A DNA stretch of 64,000 nt. Origin: a virus (Duplodnaviria; Caudoviricetes). The stretch spans positions 12,806 to 76,805 of IMG/VR virus record IMGVR_UViG_3300022744_000027. One strand, 5' to 3'. Below the pieces are notes generated by a model. It had not been told where the DNA came from, searched no databases, and worked only from the letters and a program-made list of their open reading frames with translations. The translations under genes were made by a program, and so were the position numbers. Position 1 is the first letter of the stretch; every line of letters starts with the position of its first letter. Positions 41,599 through 51,166 of this stretch are shown here, piece after piece.

Positions 41599-44340
41599 TC
41601 AGATCGGGAGCTCGTCGTCGTCCAGCACCAATGACAGCGGCACGGTGATGACCTTGCTATTGGTGCCGGCATACTTCCGGGTCCGGTTTCCATAGTTGGT
41701 CGCACCAGGCAGCCGCGACAGCTGGCCGCGAAGGTCGGTCACGTAGGCTGTGTCCTTGACCAGCGCATTCAAGTTGGTCGAGCGAACACCGAACAGGATG
41801 GCCTTGTCCTCGATCATTATCCCGTTGCGGCGGAGGATATCCATGCACAGCGGAACACCTATCACCGTCGAGCTGACCTGGTGACCAACCGCCTCGGACA
41901 GAATCTCGTGCACGGTCACGTCTGAGTTTGCCACACGAATCTTGGCCTCCATGATAGCGGCCAGAGCCTTCTCGGGGTCGCCGGGACCGCCGGACACGTC
42001 GGTGTGGTCAGTCCAGTCGTAGCTGTTGATCATTGCCAGCGCTTCGGCGTCGCTGGCGACCTTACTGGATGTGAGTGACCACGTCCCAGCCAGCAGAGTG
42101 CCGTACTGGTCGCCTTGGCGCTGAGTACCAAAGCGAGTCGCGGCCACCCGGCAAAACACATCGACGTTGGCAATGACGGTAGGCAGAAGCATCAGTCCGC
42201 GGGCCAGAATGCGAGCCGGCCAGGTGCCGTCGCGCTTGATCTTGTGCAGAGCCTCCTCCAACTGCTTCCACTGGTCGTCCGACCCGCCGGACTTAGCTGG
42301 CGGGCGAAGCACCAACGGCGTGATGCGGGACTGGTCGGAATCCTTGTCCAACATGGTGTTGATGGACGCGACGCAGAACATCGAGCGGATGTGGAACCGC
42401 ATGGAATCGCCGGAAACCGTGCCCTTGGCAGTTTGGTGCGCGCCCTCGGATGACGATTGGCGCATGAGCATCATGATGGACTTCATGCGCTTGCGGTCGG
42501 CCTCGTCGTTGGGCTCGAACTCGTCAATCAGCGCGGGAACCGCGTCGGCCCGCAGAGTTTGCCGGATGCCGGGCTCGGTGGAGTCACCCTGAAACGGCTC
42601 GGAGATGCCGGACAACAGCGCCTCCACATAGTCACTCTGAATGGTGGACTTGCCAGAGCCGGCCGACCCGGTGATCCAGACGTGCGGCCGCCAGCTCAGA
42701 GCGCCACCAACCGGGCTCAAGAACACCCAGCCCGCCAGCAGAGCCGCAGAGCCAGGCCGCGTCCAACGGGCCATCTTAGCCACGTCGAGTAGGTGCTTGC
42801 CATCTTCATCGGACAGCGGCGTCTCAGCAGGTGGAGTCATGGTCCGCGACATGGGGTAGACCCAGCGAGACTCAATGTCGGTGATGTCCGTTTTCACGCC
42901 ATCCACGGACAGGTAGTCGCCGTGGTGAAACACCGCCCGGCCATTGTCGCGCCATGCGCCACGTCCGCGCACATTCCGGGGGTCGTACACGCCGCGCTTG
43001 TGCGCAATCGCCATGATCCACTCGAAGGCTTGCACCTTGTTGATGCCGCCCTTTTGGCCGGCGAAGTGCATCTCCCACCAATTCGTTGGCGCCAGCTCCG
43101 CCAGCCCCATGTCGCTGAAGTCTTGCCGCGAGCGGTGGACCACCATCCGCTTGGCGCGGTGGAAAAAATAGTAGTAGTCGCCGTCATATCCCAAGATTGC
43201 GAAGTGCCCGTGGTCGAGCAGGGACTCGTCCTCGCCTTCAATAGCCGGGATTGCTGGCTGAACATCAGCCTCGGCCTCGGGCGCGCTCTCGCCCTCCCAC
43301 GGCAGCACATCATCATCCGGTGGCACGGGCGCAGGCGCCAAGGCAGCGCCAATGACGCTGGCCACAGCCTCCAAGCCCTCGGAGTGCTGCAGGTCGTTGA
43401 AGTCGCCAGACGGCGGCACAGCCACCAAGCCACCGACGGCATCGGCAGCCTTACGCGCAGCTGTCACGCCAGGATTGCCTGCCGTCTCGGTGTCATTGTC
43501 CGCGGCGAACAAGATGATGGCGTCAGGCTTTGATGCGCGAACACGCTCAGCCACGCGCAGCAGATTGGAAGTGTCGAAGCACACCAGCACCAAGTGGCCG
43601 GTCGCAGCGTGCACGCTGGCACACGTGGCGTAGCCTTCGCCGAGCACGTAGACCACGCGGCCTTCGTGCTGCTGTGGTTTGCCGATGGCGAAGAAGTTGC
43701 CAGCCTTGGCTGCGTCTTTGAAGTAGCGCTTCTTGCCGCCTTCTTCCGGGTCGATGCCTTGAAGGCTCCAGAGCTGGCCCTTGTTGTCTTTGATGGGGAT
43801 CAGCAGTGATTGGGTGGTGACGACGAACATCTCGCCGGTATCCGGGTCAACGCGCTCCCATGGACCAATGCGCAGGCCATACGAGGCAACACCCTTGCGG
43901 ACGAGATACGGATGGGTGTCGCACGGAGTCGCTGCGTCCCAGATTTGCTTGGCGCGAACCGCGCGCTCCGCGTGAATCGCCGCATCTTCGGCTGCAGCCT
44001 GTGCCGCACGCTCGGCAGCACGGGCTCGGTCGGCGTCAATTTCTGCCTTGGACCGTTTCTTGTTGGTACCAGCATCCACCCAGCCCGACGCTTTCGCGTC
44101 AAAGAACAGGCTGGCAATAGTCAGCTTGCCAGCAGACTTGATGGACTTCCACACCGACTTGGCCGCGCCAGCGCTGTAGGTGTCGCACTGCGACCCCCAC
44201 TGGTCCCAGATTTCAAACCCGTCGCTGTCAGGAAACTCGCTCTTGATGCAGGTGGCTGCGCGCACCCAAACTTCACGGCTGGCCGGATTGAGAAAACTAA
44301 GCGCTGATCGAACACGCTCAATACTTGTGGCGTCATGCAT
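41599..44340 (-). CDS. Primase-helicase (PriCT-2 + TOPRIM + P-loop NTPase; P4-alpha-like)
   Basis: WD.W...Y...WKS (PriCT-2), HPYL..KG, EGYAT, ADND, DFND, GSAGSGKS, IDEFE. Confidence 0.9.
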   Translation of the reverse strand: MHDATSIERVRSALSFLNPASREVWVRAATCIKSEFPDSDGFEIWDQWGSQCDTYSAGAAKSVWKSIKSAGKLTIASLFFDAKASGWVDAGTNKKRSKAEIDADRARAAERAAQAAAEDAAIHAERAVRAKQIWDAATPCDTHPYLVRKGVASYGLRIGPWERVDPDTGEMFVVTTQSLLIPIKDNKGQLWSLQGIDPEEGGKKRYFKDAAKAGNFFAIGKPQQHEGRVVYVLGEGYATCASVHAATGHLVLVCFDTSNLLRVAERVRASKPDAIILFAADNDTETAGNPGVTAARKAADAVGGLVAVPPSGDFNDLQHSEGLEAVASVIGAALAPAPVPPDDDVLPWEGESAPEAEADVQPAIPAIEGEDESLLDHGHFAILGYDGDYYYFFHRAKRMVVHRSRQDFSDMGLAELAPTNWWEMHFAGQKGGINKVQAFEWIMAIAHKRGVYDPRNVRGRGAWRDNGRAVFHHGDYLSVDGVKTDITDIESRWVYPMSRTMTPPAETPLSDEDGKHLLDVAKMARWTRPGSAALLAGWVFLSPVGGALSWRPHVWITGSAGSGKSTIQSDYVEALLSGISEPFQGDSTEPGIRQTLRADAVPALIDEFEPNDEADRKRMKSIMMLMRQSSSEGAHQTAKGTVSGDSMRFHIRSMFCVASINTMLDKDSDQSRITPLVLRPPAKSGGSDDQWKQLEEALHKIKRDGTWPARILARGLMLLPTVIANVDVFCRVAATRFGTQRQGDQYGTLLAGTWSLTSSKVASDAEALAMINSYDWTDHTDVSGGPGDPEKALAAIMEAKIRVANSDVTVHEILSEAVGHQVSSTVIGVPLCMDILRRNGIMIEDKAILFGVRSTNLNALVKDTAYVTDLRGQLSRLPGATNYGNRTRKYAGTNSKVITVPLSLVLDDDELPI

Positions 44341-44410
44341 AGACGCCCCTGGTGACTGATGTTGTATTCAAAACCGCACTCCCCACGGAATCCTCCCCGA
44401 AAAATAAAGG

Positions 44411-44476
44411 TGGGCGGCGCGCACGGGGGGAGGACCATGCGCGCCTTTTCAACCGGTAGCTAACCGGCGTAGCCCA
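44411..44476 (-). ncRNA. Putative structured 5' leader of the primase gene (3-way junction)
   Basis: TGGGC/GCCCA closing stem; CCGG-TTAGCTA-CCGG and GGCGCGCATGG-TCCTCCCC-CCGTGCGCGCC hairpins. Confidence 0.5.
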
Positions 44477-44544
44477 AAACAATTGTGGCTGCACGGCGAC
44501 CGAGTCGCTGACGTGAAGCCGGTAATTTGTGTGAAGGCAGCATC

Positions 44545-44988
44545 TTACAGCGGATCGGGGCTACTTCCGCGCCGCCATGCTGCAATAATTTCAGACGCCT
44601 GCTCCGGCGAGCTGGCAAACCCAGCAATTCCACCAGCGCGGTGCATCTGCTGCACGAAGTTGATCTGCGCGTCGCGCTTGCGACCGCCGCCGCTGGCCTT
44701 GGTTTCAATGCCGGTGAACACAGGCACGGTGCGCCCGACCATTTCCGGCGTGATGACCACAGGGGTCCAGCCGATCAAATCGGGTGTGCCAACCAAAGGG
44801 TCGCCGTTGGGGAGCGAGAAACCGAGCGCCACGGGGCGACTGCCAGGCGGTAGGACCATGGAGCCGTCAGGGAGCCGTCGGGCCTCCCCGTGGCATACCC
44901 ATGCCTTGCCGGTGTTGATGCGGAACAGGCGGCTGACCGGCCCAAGGGCCAGCCAGACCTGGCGCATGACGGTGTTTTCCGAGGTCAC
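44545..44988 (-). CDS. VRR-NUC-like nuclease
   Basis: SE..V, LFRINTG, GTPDLIG, IETK, Q..F, GGIAG. Confidence 0.85.
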   Translation of the reverse strand: MTSENTVMRQVWLALGPVSRLFRINTGKAWVCHGEARRLPDGSMVLPPGSRPVALGFSLPNGDPLVGTPDLIGWTPVVITPEMVGRTVPVFTGIETKASGGGRKRDAQINFVQQMHRAGGIAGFASSPEQASEIIAAWRRGSSPDPL

Positions 44989-45269
44989 GGCACGCCCTCG
45001 GGCCAAGGGTGAACCTCGGTCGGGGGTTGGATGGTAACGGCGTCGGCCTGCGCCAGCACCTCGATCAGCTTTTGCAGGTGATGCGCGGCCTTCTTGATGT
45101 CTTGGTCGCCACCTTTGGCCCGCTCGCGTGCCAGGTAGGCGATGGCGACACCTTTCTGGTAGCCGCGATACTCTTCTGGCGTGAGCCAGTGCTTCAGGAC
45201 GTCCCATGGTTGGAAGTCGCCCATGTCTTTGTAGTGGGTGCCCCCAACTTGGGTTTCAGATGCGGTCAT
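44985..45269 (-). CDS. DUF3310-family protein
   Basis: QVGGTHY...YL.R...KGGDQDIKKA. Confidence 0.85.
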   Translation of the reverse strand: MTASETQVGGTHYKDMGDFQPWDVLKHWLTPEEYRGYQKGVAIAYLARERAKGGDQDIKKAAHHLQKLIEVLAQADAVTIQPPTEVHPWPEGVP

Positions 45270-45274
45270 GGCGA

Positions 45275-45748
45275 TCACCACCAGATGCGGCAAGGGGCAA
45301 ACGGTATGTCGTCATCCATTGCCCCGAAGCCGCCGCCTGACGGAGCAGGAGCCTGACGCTGCTGCGGTGCCTGCTGACGCTGAGCCGGAGCAGCCGGCGC
45401 GCCAGCACCATCAGGCCGTGCCCCCAGCAGCTGGAAGTCTTGCCCACGCACCTCCGTGGTGGTCTTCTCGTTGCCGTCCTTGTCGGTGTACTTGCGCACC
45501 GAAAACTCGCCGTTGGCACGCATCTGGCTGCCCTTCTTGGCGTACTGACCAATCAGCTCGGCAGTCTTCCCAAAGAACGAGAACGGCACCCAGGTGGTCT
45601 GCTCCTTCATCTCGCCTGAGTTTTTGTCTTTCCACTTTTTGCCAACAGCCAGCGAGATGTTCACCGCGGCGTCGCCGTTGGGCATGTAGCGCACCTCGGG
45701 GTCGCGCCCGAGGCGGCCAATGACCACAACCATATTCAAATCAGCCAT
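45275..45748 (-). CDS. ssb: Single-stranded DNA-binding protein
   Basis: GRLGRDPEVRY, KKGSQ, DDDIPF tail (with 7-aa extension). Confidence 0.97.
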   Translation of the reverse strand: MADLNMVVVIGRLGRDPEVRYMPNGDAAVNISLAVGKKWKDKNSGEMKEQTTWVPFSFFGKTAELIGQYAKKGSQMRANGEFSVRKYTDKDGNEKTTTEVRGQDFQLLGARPDGAGAPAAPAQRQQAPQQRQAPAPSGGGFGAMDDDIPFAPCRIWW

Positions 45749-45775
45749 AAAGAATACCCTTTCTATAACTCACGG

Positions 45776-47386
45776 TTAGAAGGCCCGTGATTTGCCTGAA
45801 TTCTTGCGCTGGCGCGCGTTCCACAAATGAGCAGCCCAGCCCCGGGAGTATCCGCGCTGAGCCGCGATCTTCTCCAGCTCTTCCAACGTCTTCGCTCCTG
45901 CCACCTCAAATCGCTTCTGGTTCTTCAAAGCCGCCTCCATTTCCGGGGTAATCTCGGCAAGTTCGCCGTCCACGTGCTCGGGCCCCTTGCGGATGCGACC
46001 GGGGATGGCGTGCCCACAGTTGGGGCAGACATGCTCCTGGCCAGCGGGCCGGTCCTTGGGGTCGAAGACCGAGTAGCACTGGGGGCACTGCGTAAGGTCG
46101 ATCTTGGTCTCTTCGTCCTTCTTCTTGCCCTTCTTCTTCTTGATGCCGTCCAAGTCCCACTCGCGCTCGGCGTCGGCGAAGCCGTGCTTCTGCCAGAGCC
46201 CGCAGTGGTCGATCACAAAGCACTTGCGACCCTTGGGGCCGGCATCAATTGCCGCGAAGCGCTGCTCCTTGGTGTCCAGCGGCATGCCGGGCGCGAAGAT
46301 GGGGCGCAGGCCGCGCCCGATGGTCTGCAGGTAGGACGACAGGCTCATGGTCAGCCGAAGCAGGATGACGGCACCAATGGCTGGGCAGTCCACGCCCTCG
46401 ACCAAGAGCATGGCGAAGGTGATCAGCTTCAGGCGGCCATCAGACAGCATCTTCAAAGCCCGGTCGCGTTCCTCGCTGGTGTTTTCGCCGGACAGCGCAA
46501 TTGCTGGAATGCCGGCGGCGTTGAACTCGTCGGCCACGTGCCTGGCGTGCGCCACGTTGGTACACCACGCCACAGCGGGAACGCCGGGGCAGATTTTGTT
46601 GTATTCGGCGATGGCGCTGCCGGTGATGACGGGCTTGTCCATCACCTCGGCCATGGCGTCGGCGTCGTAGTCGCCGCCGATCTTCTTCACGCCCGACAAG
46701 TCAATCTGCTGTTTCGAGGCGAACACGGCGGGTTTGACGAGGTAGCCTTGGTCGATCAGCTCCTTGATGCTGATACCCTGCACCATGGTGTCGAAGCTTC
46801 CACCGGCATGGCGCCCCAGACCCTTGCCGTCCAAGCGCACCGGGGAACCCGTCACACCCAGCACGCGAGCCTCTGGCCATGCCGCGAGCACGTCCATGTA
46901 GGACTTGGCAGCGCTGAGGTGGCACTCGTCGATGACGATGAGGTCGAAGCCCACGCCCACCGCCTTCATTTTTTCGATGCGGCGCACCAGCGTCTGCACG
47001 CTGGCCACCTGCACCAGTCGGCGGGCGTTGGGCGTGAACCCGGCCATGATGATGCCGTGCTGCACACCGTTGTCGTCCAGCTTTCGGCTGGCCTGTTTGA
47101 TGAGCTGGTCGCGGTGCGCCAGGATGAGCACGCGTGAGCCCTTCGCGGCTGCCGACTTGGCGATGTAGCTGAACACCACGGTCTTGCCGGCACCGGTTGC
47201 AGCCACCAGGAGCACGGCCTTGTGCCCGTTGCGGTACTCGATGCGGACCTTGTCCACGAAGTCATGCTGGTAGTCGCGCAGGCTAACGGTCGGCGCAGGC
47301 GCTGCAGGCCGAGCCACCGGTGTAGGTATTGGAGCTGCTGCATTGAGGGCTGCAGCCAATCGCCCGGGTTGAATGGAATCGTTCAT
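45776..47386 (-). CDS. SF2 DEAD/DEAH-box helicase with C-terminal Zn finger
   Basis: LRDYQ, TGAGKT, DECH, QTIGRGLR, CPQC/CPNC. Confidence 0.92.
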   Translation of the reverse strand: MNDSIQPGRLAAALNAAAPIPTPVARPAAPAPTVSLRDYQHDFVDKVRIEYRNGHKAVLLVAATGAGKTVVFSYIAKSAAAKGSRVLILAHRDQLIKQASRKLDDNGVQHGIIMAGFTPNARRLVQVASVQTLVRRIEKMKAVGVGFDLIVIDECHLSAAKSYMDVLAAWPEARVLGVTGSPVRLDGKGLGRHAGGSFDTMVQGISIKELIDQGYLVKPAVFASKQQIDLSGVKKIGGDYDADAMAEVMDKPVITGSAIAEYNKICPGVPAVAWCTNVAHARHVADEFNAAGIPAIALSGENTSEERDRALKMLSDGRLKLITFAMLLVEGVDCPAIGAVILLRLTMSLSSYLQTIGRGLRPIFAPGMPLDTKEQRFAAIDAGPKGRKCFVIDHCGLWQKHGFADAEREWDLDGIKKKKGKKKDEETKIDLTQCPQCYSVFDPKDRPAGQEHVCPNCGHAIPGRIRKGPEHVDGELAEITPEMEAALKNQKRFEVAGAKTLEELEKIAAQRGYSRGWAAHLWNARQRKNSGKSRAF

Positions 47387-47436
47387 GAAGTAAAGCGCGG
47401 CATCAGGAAAAGTCCGCGTTCAATAAGAGTGGAAGA

Positions 47437-47745
47437 TCAGGACGGCTGCTCAGCCCCATCAAGGACGACGACACGCATCCCCAGCTCGACGGCCACCTTG
47501 TGCTCCAGGCGTGCACCGCGCGAGGCAGTCCAGCCCGGAAGCAAAGCGATGGTGTCGCAAGTCAGCAGCTGCGCCATGGCCATACGCATGTACGCCGCCC
47601 ATGTGCCGCACTCAGGGGTTGGATTCTCGGCTGGGTTTTCGACGTGCAAACCATTTGCCCGAAGGCTTGCTGCGGCCTTGTGGAAAGCCGGGTAGTTAAA
47701 GTCGGGCAAATTTGACATCGGCCCAGCCAGATACGTGCGGTCCAT
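47437..47745 (-). CDS. DUF4406-family (nucleoside deoxyribosyltransferase-like) protein
   Basis: YLAGPM...NYPAF...NPA...LPGW..SRGARLE. Confidence 0.9.
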   Translation of the reverse strand: MDRTYLAGPMSNLPDFNYPAFHKAAASLRANGLHVENPAENPTPECGTWAAYMRMAMAQLLTCDTIALLPGWTASRGARLEHKVAVELGMRVVVLDGAEQPS

Positions 47746-47972
47746 CAGGCACCCGCAACGGCCGCAGCCTTCTCGGCCTCCAAGCGCGCCACCTCGGCCT
47801 CCAGCTCGTCAACCTTGCTGACAGACTGGGGCGCGCGATAGCGCCAGCGTTCGACCGTGGCGCGGGCGATGCCTGTTTTTTTGCAAATTTGCGTAAAATT
47901 GCTTCCCGCAGATTTTGCTCGGGACTCAATGGACGTTAGTCGATTCTGTAGCTCTTGAGAGAAAGTGGTCAT
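47745..47972 (-). CDS. Cro/XRE-like HTH regulator
   Basis: FTQICKKTGIARATVERWR; first gene of leftward replication operon. Confidence 0.75.
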   Translation of the reverse strand: MTTFSQELQNRLTSIESRAKSAGSNFTQICKKTGIARATVERWRYRAPQSVSKVDELEAEVARLEAEKAAAVAGA

Positions 47973-48056
47973 GGATAGCTCCGTAAAAGTTGCGAAGTGT
48001 ACAACATTGTTGGATGTTACTCGTAATTTTTACTGCAAACTCTTTGTATTGATAAG

Positions 48057-48728
48057 ATGTCTGACATGGACATCATTACACGACGAGACGCCAAAGCAGC
48101 TGGCTACAAAAGGTTCTTTACCGGAGTTCCGTGCCTGCGAGAGCACATAGAGGAGCGGCTCACAAGCAACGGGGCATGCCTCGCTTGCGTGCGTGAGTTA
48201 CAGAACAAGCGGTACGCCAGCAATCCAGAGGCGGTCAGAGCTGCGCGGTACGCATGGATCACCGCGAACAAAGACAGGCACCTCAAGAACCATCGAGACG
48301 GGGCAAAAGCGCGGTATTGGGCCAACCCTGAAAAGCACCGCGCCAAATTGCGCGGACGCAGAGCCGAGAACCCAGAGAAGTGGCGAGCGCGCGACAAAGA
48401 ATACAGGTCCGACCCAATTCGAGGTCTTGCGCACACCGCCCGCGTGCTCACGGGTGGAGCCATGAGGCGCGCCGGATATGGCAAGACGACGAAAACAGCA
48501 GCCCTTCTTGGGTGCTCGTTTGAGTTCTTGCTAACCCACATCGAGCGCCAGTTCCTGCGTGGCATGACGTGGGCCAACCGAAGCCTCTGGCACATCGACC
48601 ATATCTTGCCAATCGCATCAGCAAAGACCGAGGCCGAGGCCAAGAGCTTATGCCACTTCACAAACCTCCGCCCAATGTGGGCGCGAGACAACCAGTCGAA
48701 GAAAGACAAGATTACTCACCTGCTGTGA
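48057..48728 (+). CDS. Free-standing HNH-type endonuclease
   Basis: FFTGVPC..H...C..C N-terminus; WHIDHILP...HFTNLRPMW..DN..K. Confidence 0.8.
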   Translation: MSDMDIITRRDAKAAGYKRFFTGVPCLREHIEERLTSNGACLACVRELQNKRYASNPEAVRAARYAWITANKDRHLKNHRDGAKARYWANPEKHRAKLRGRRAENPEKWRARDKEYRSDPIRGLAHTARVLTGGAMRRAGYGKTTKTAALLGCSFEFLLTHIERQFLRGMTWANRSLWHIDHILPIASAKTEAEAKSLCHFTNLRPMWARDNQSKKDKITHLL

Positions 48729-48883
48729 ATCAGAATTCTCAAGAATCATGCAACACGTCGGCTGCATGCCGCAAAAATGTTTTAGAATAAAGCCGTGACG
48801 CAGCGGGAAAACCCGGTAATTTCAGGGTTTGTACGTTGCGGACTACTGACAGATTGTTTCAAAATTTTTGAGAAAGGTGATTC

Positions 48884-49753
48884 ATGACACAAGCAGCACA
48901 GCATCTCTACCCGGACGAGGATGGAGTCCTTCAGCCACACCCAGTCGGACTGGTAGAGTGCACCAACGACGAGTACCACCGGGGGCCAGGCATCAGTAAG
49001 AGCCACCTCGATGCCATCGCCAACGCGAGCCCGCGCCACTACTGGCACCGCTATTTGAATCCCGACCGCGAGCGCCAGGAGCCAACCGCCGCCATGATCA
49101 TGGGCACAGCGGTGCACTCCGCAGTATTGGAGCCCGACCTCTTCACCAAAGAGGTGATCGAGTCGCCGGACTTCGACCGCCGCACCAAGGTGGGCAAGGC
49201 CGAATACGAAGCCTTCCAACAGGCGAACAAGGGACGGATCGTCCTCGCCCCCGAAGACTTCGCCACCTGCCTAGCCATACGCGACGCGGTGCACATGCAC
49301 CCGGTGGCTGCGGGGCTGCTCCAAGGCGGACGCGCAGAGCAATCGTTCTACGCGGTGGACAAGGAAACCGGCGAGCTCATCAAGTGCCGCACCGACTACA
49401 TGCACGACAGCGGCGCGATGATTGTCGACCTAAAAACAACCGAGGACGCCAGCCCCAACGGGTTCGGCAAGTCGGCGGCGAACTTCCGGTACCCGATTCA
49501 GACCGCCTGGTACAACGGCGTGCTGGATGCCGCATTCGGTGAGCACCCCGAGACGTGGGTGTTCCTCGCGGTCGAGAAGAAGCCACCCTACGCGGTCGGC
49601 ATTTACTTCATGGAGCCCGACACACTGGCCCGCGCTGAGATCGCGGCGCGCCGGGACTTCCTGCGCATCGTCGAGCACCGCCGGTCGGGCGACTGGCCGG
49701 ATTATGGTGCCACGCCCATGCCGCTGGCCCTGCCCGGCTGGAGCAAGCTGTAA
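48884..49753 (+). CDS. PD-(D/E)xK exonuclease (RecE/ExoVIII-like, DUF3799)
   Basis: YH..GISKS.L, GTAVH..VLEP, KCRTD, DLKTT, Y..Q.AWY. Confidence 0.9.
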   Translation: MTQAAQHLYPDEDGVLQPHPVGLVECTNDEYHRGPGISKSHLDAIANASPRHYWHRYLNPDRERQEPTAAMIMGTAVHSAVLEPDLFTKEVIESPDFDRRTKVGKAEYEAFQQANKGRIVLAPEDFATCLAIRDAVHMHPVAAGLLQGGRAEQSFYAVDKETGELIKCRTDYMHDSGAMIVDLKTTEDASPNGFGKSAANFRYPIQTAWYNGVLDAAFGEHPETWVFLAVEKKPPYAVGIYFMEPDTLARAEIAARRDFLRIVEHRRSGDWPDYGATPMPLALPGWSKL

Positions 49754-49779
49754 TTATTCCACTCACAAACTGAACCACC

Positions 49780-51099
49780 ATGAAAATCTCCCACATCAAA
49801 ATCCAGAACATCCTCGGCATCGACCACCTCGAATTCAGCCCCGAGGGCTTCACGCAGATCACCGGGCCCAACGGTCAGGGCAAGACCAGCGTGCTCGAAG
49901 CCATCAAAGCCGCCACAGGGCAAGGCCATGATGCCACCCTGCTGCGCAAAGGCGCCGACAAGGGCGAGGTGGTGCTCGTCTTGGACGACGGCACCGAAAT
50001 CCAGCAGCGCGTCACCGCCAGCCGCACGACCCGCGATGTGGTGCGCGACGGCAAGAAGGTCACGAAGCCGGGCGACGCCATCAAGGCGCTGACCGACGCG
50101 CTGAGCGTGAACCCGGTCGAGTTCCTGACGGCGCGCCCCAAGGACCGCGTGCAGGTGCTGCTGGAGAGCATGCCCATCGAACTGGACGCTGCCAGGCTGT
50201 CCCAGGTCTCCGGCCTGCCCGTCACGCCCACTGCTGGCGCCCACGCACTGGCCATCATCGATCACGTGCGCCAGCAGGTCTACGAGGACCGCACTGGTAC
50301 CAACCGGGCGGTGAAGGAGAAGGACGCGACCATCAACCAGCTGCGCATCGCCATGCCCGACGCGCCCGGCGGTGTCGAGGGGGACGAAGACAGCCTGCGA
50401 GCTCAGGTGCAGGCAGCCAAGGACACGATGCACGTCGAGCACCATCGTATCGACGCGAAGCTGACCGGTGTGCGCGCCGAGAGCGCAGCGCGCCTGCAGA
50501 AACTCAAGGACGACGCCCGCGCCAAGATCGACGCCATCAACGCCGAACTGTCTGCAGCCATCGAAGCCGAGCGCGCATCGCTGGCCGACATCGAAGCCAA
50601 GGCAGCCCGCGTGCGCCAAAAGGCAACCGACACGGCCACAGCCACCGCCCAGCCGCTGCAAGCCGCCGTGGCGGCCATCGCAGCCAACCGCGACGCGGCA
50701 GCCAAGCGCAAGGCCACCGCCGACACCATCGCCATGATGGGCACCGAGTTGGCCGACCTGCAGGCCGACGCGGCGCGCCAGACCAAGGCGCTGGACGACA
50801 TCGATGCCTACAAGGCCGAGCTGCTGGCCAACCTGCCCATCCACGACTTGGAGGTGATCGACGGCGAGGTCTACCGCAAGGGCGTGCCATTCGACCGCCT
50901 GAACACCGCACAGCGCGTCGGCATTGCCTTCGAGATTGCCAAGCTGCGCGCAGGCGAACTGAAAGCGGTGTGCCTCGACGGATGCGAGCTGCTGGACGAA
51001 GAACACCTGAAAGAACTGGAGCGAAATGCCGACGAAAGCGGCATCCAAGTCTTCATCACGCGGGTGACTGGAAAAGAATTTGCGGTAGAAACCAAGTAA
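49780..51099 (+). CDS. SMC/SbcC-like coiled-coil ATPase
   Basis: Walker A GPNGQGKT, long coiled coil, LNTAQ signature, VCLDG.E. Confidence 0.85.
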   Translation: MKISHIKIQNILGIDHLEFSPEGFTQITGPNGQGKTSVLEAIKAATGQGHDATLLRKGADKGEVVLVLDDGTEIQQRVTASRTTRDVVRDGKKVTKPGDAIKALTDALSVNPVEFLTARPKDRVQVLLESMPIELDAARLSQVSGLPVTPTAGAHALAIIDHVRQQVYEDRTGTNRAVKEKDATINQLRIAMPDAPGGVEGDEDSLRAQVQAAKDTMHVEHHRIDAKLTGVRAESAARLQKLKDDARAKIDAINAELSAAIEAERASLADIEAKAARVRQKATDTATATAQPLQAAVAAIAANRDAAAKRKATADTIAMMGTELADLQADAARQTKALDDIDAYKAELLANLPIHDLEVIDGEVYRKGVPFDRLNTAQRVGIAFEIAKLRAGELKAVCLDGCELLDEEHLKELERNADESGIQVFITRVTGKEFAVETK

Positions 51100-51166
51100 T
51101 CGCGTGAATTTGCGTTAAAATTAGTGCGTCATAACCGCCCCTCGGGGGCTTCAACCCGGAGAAACC

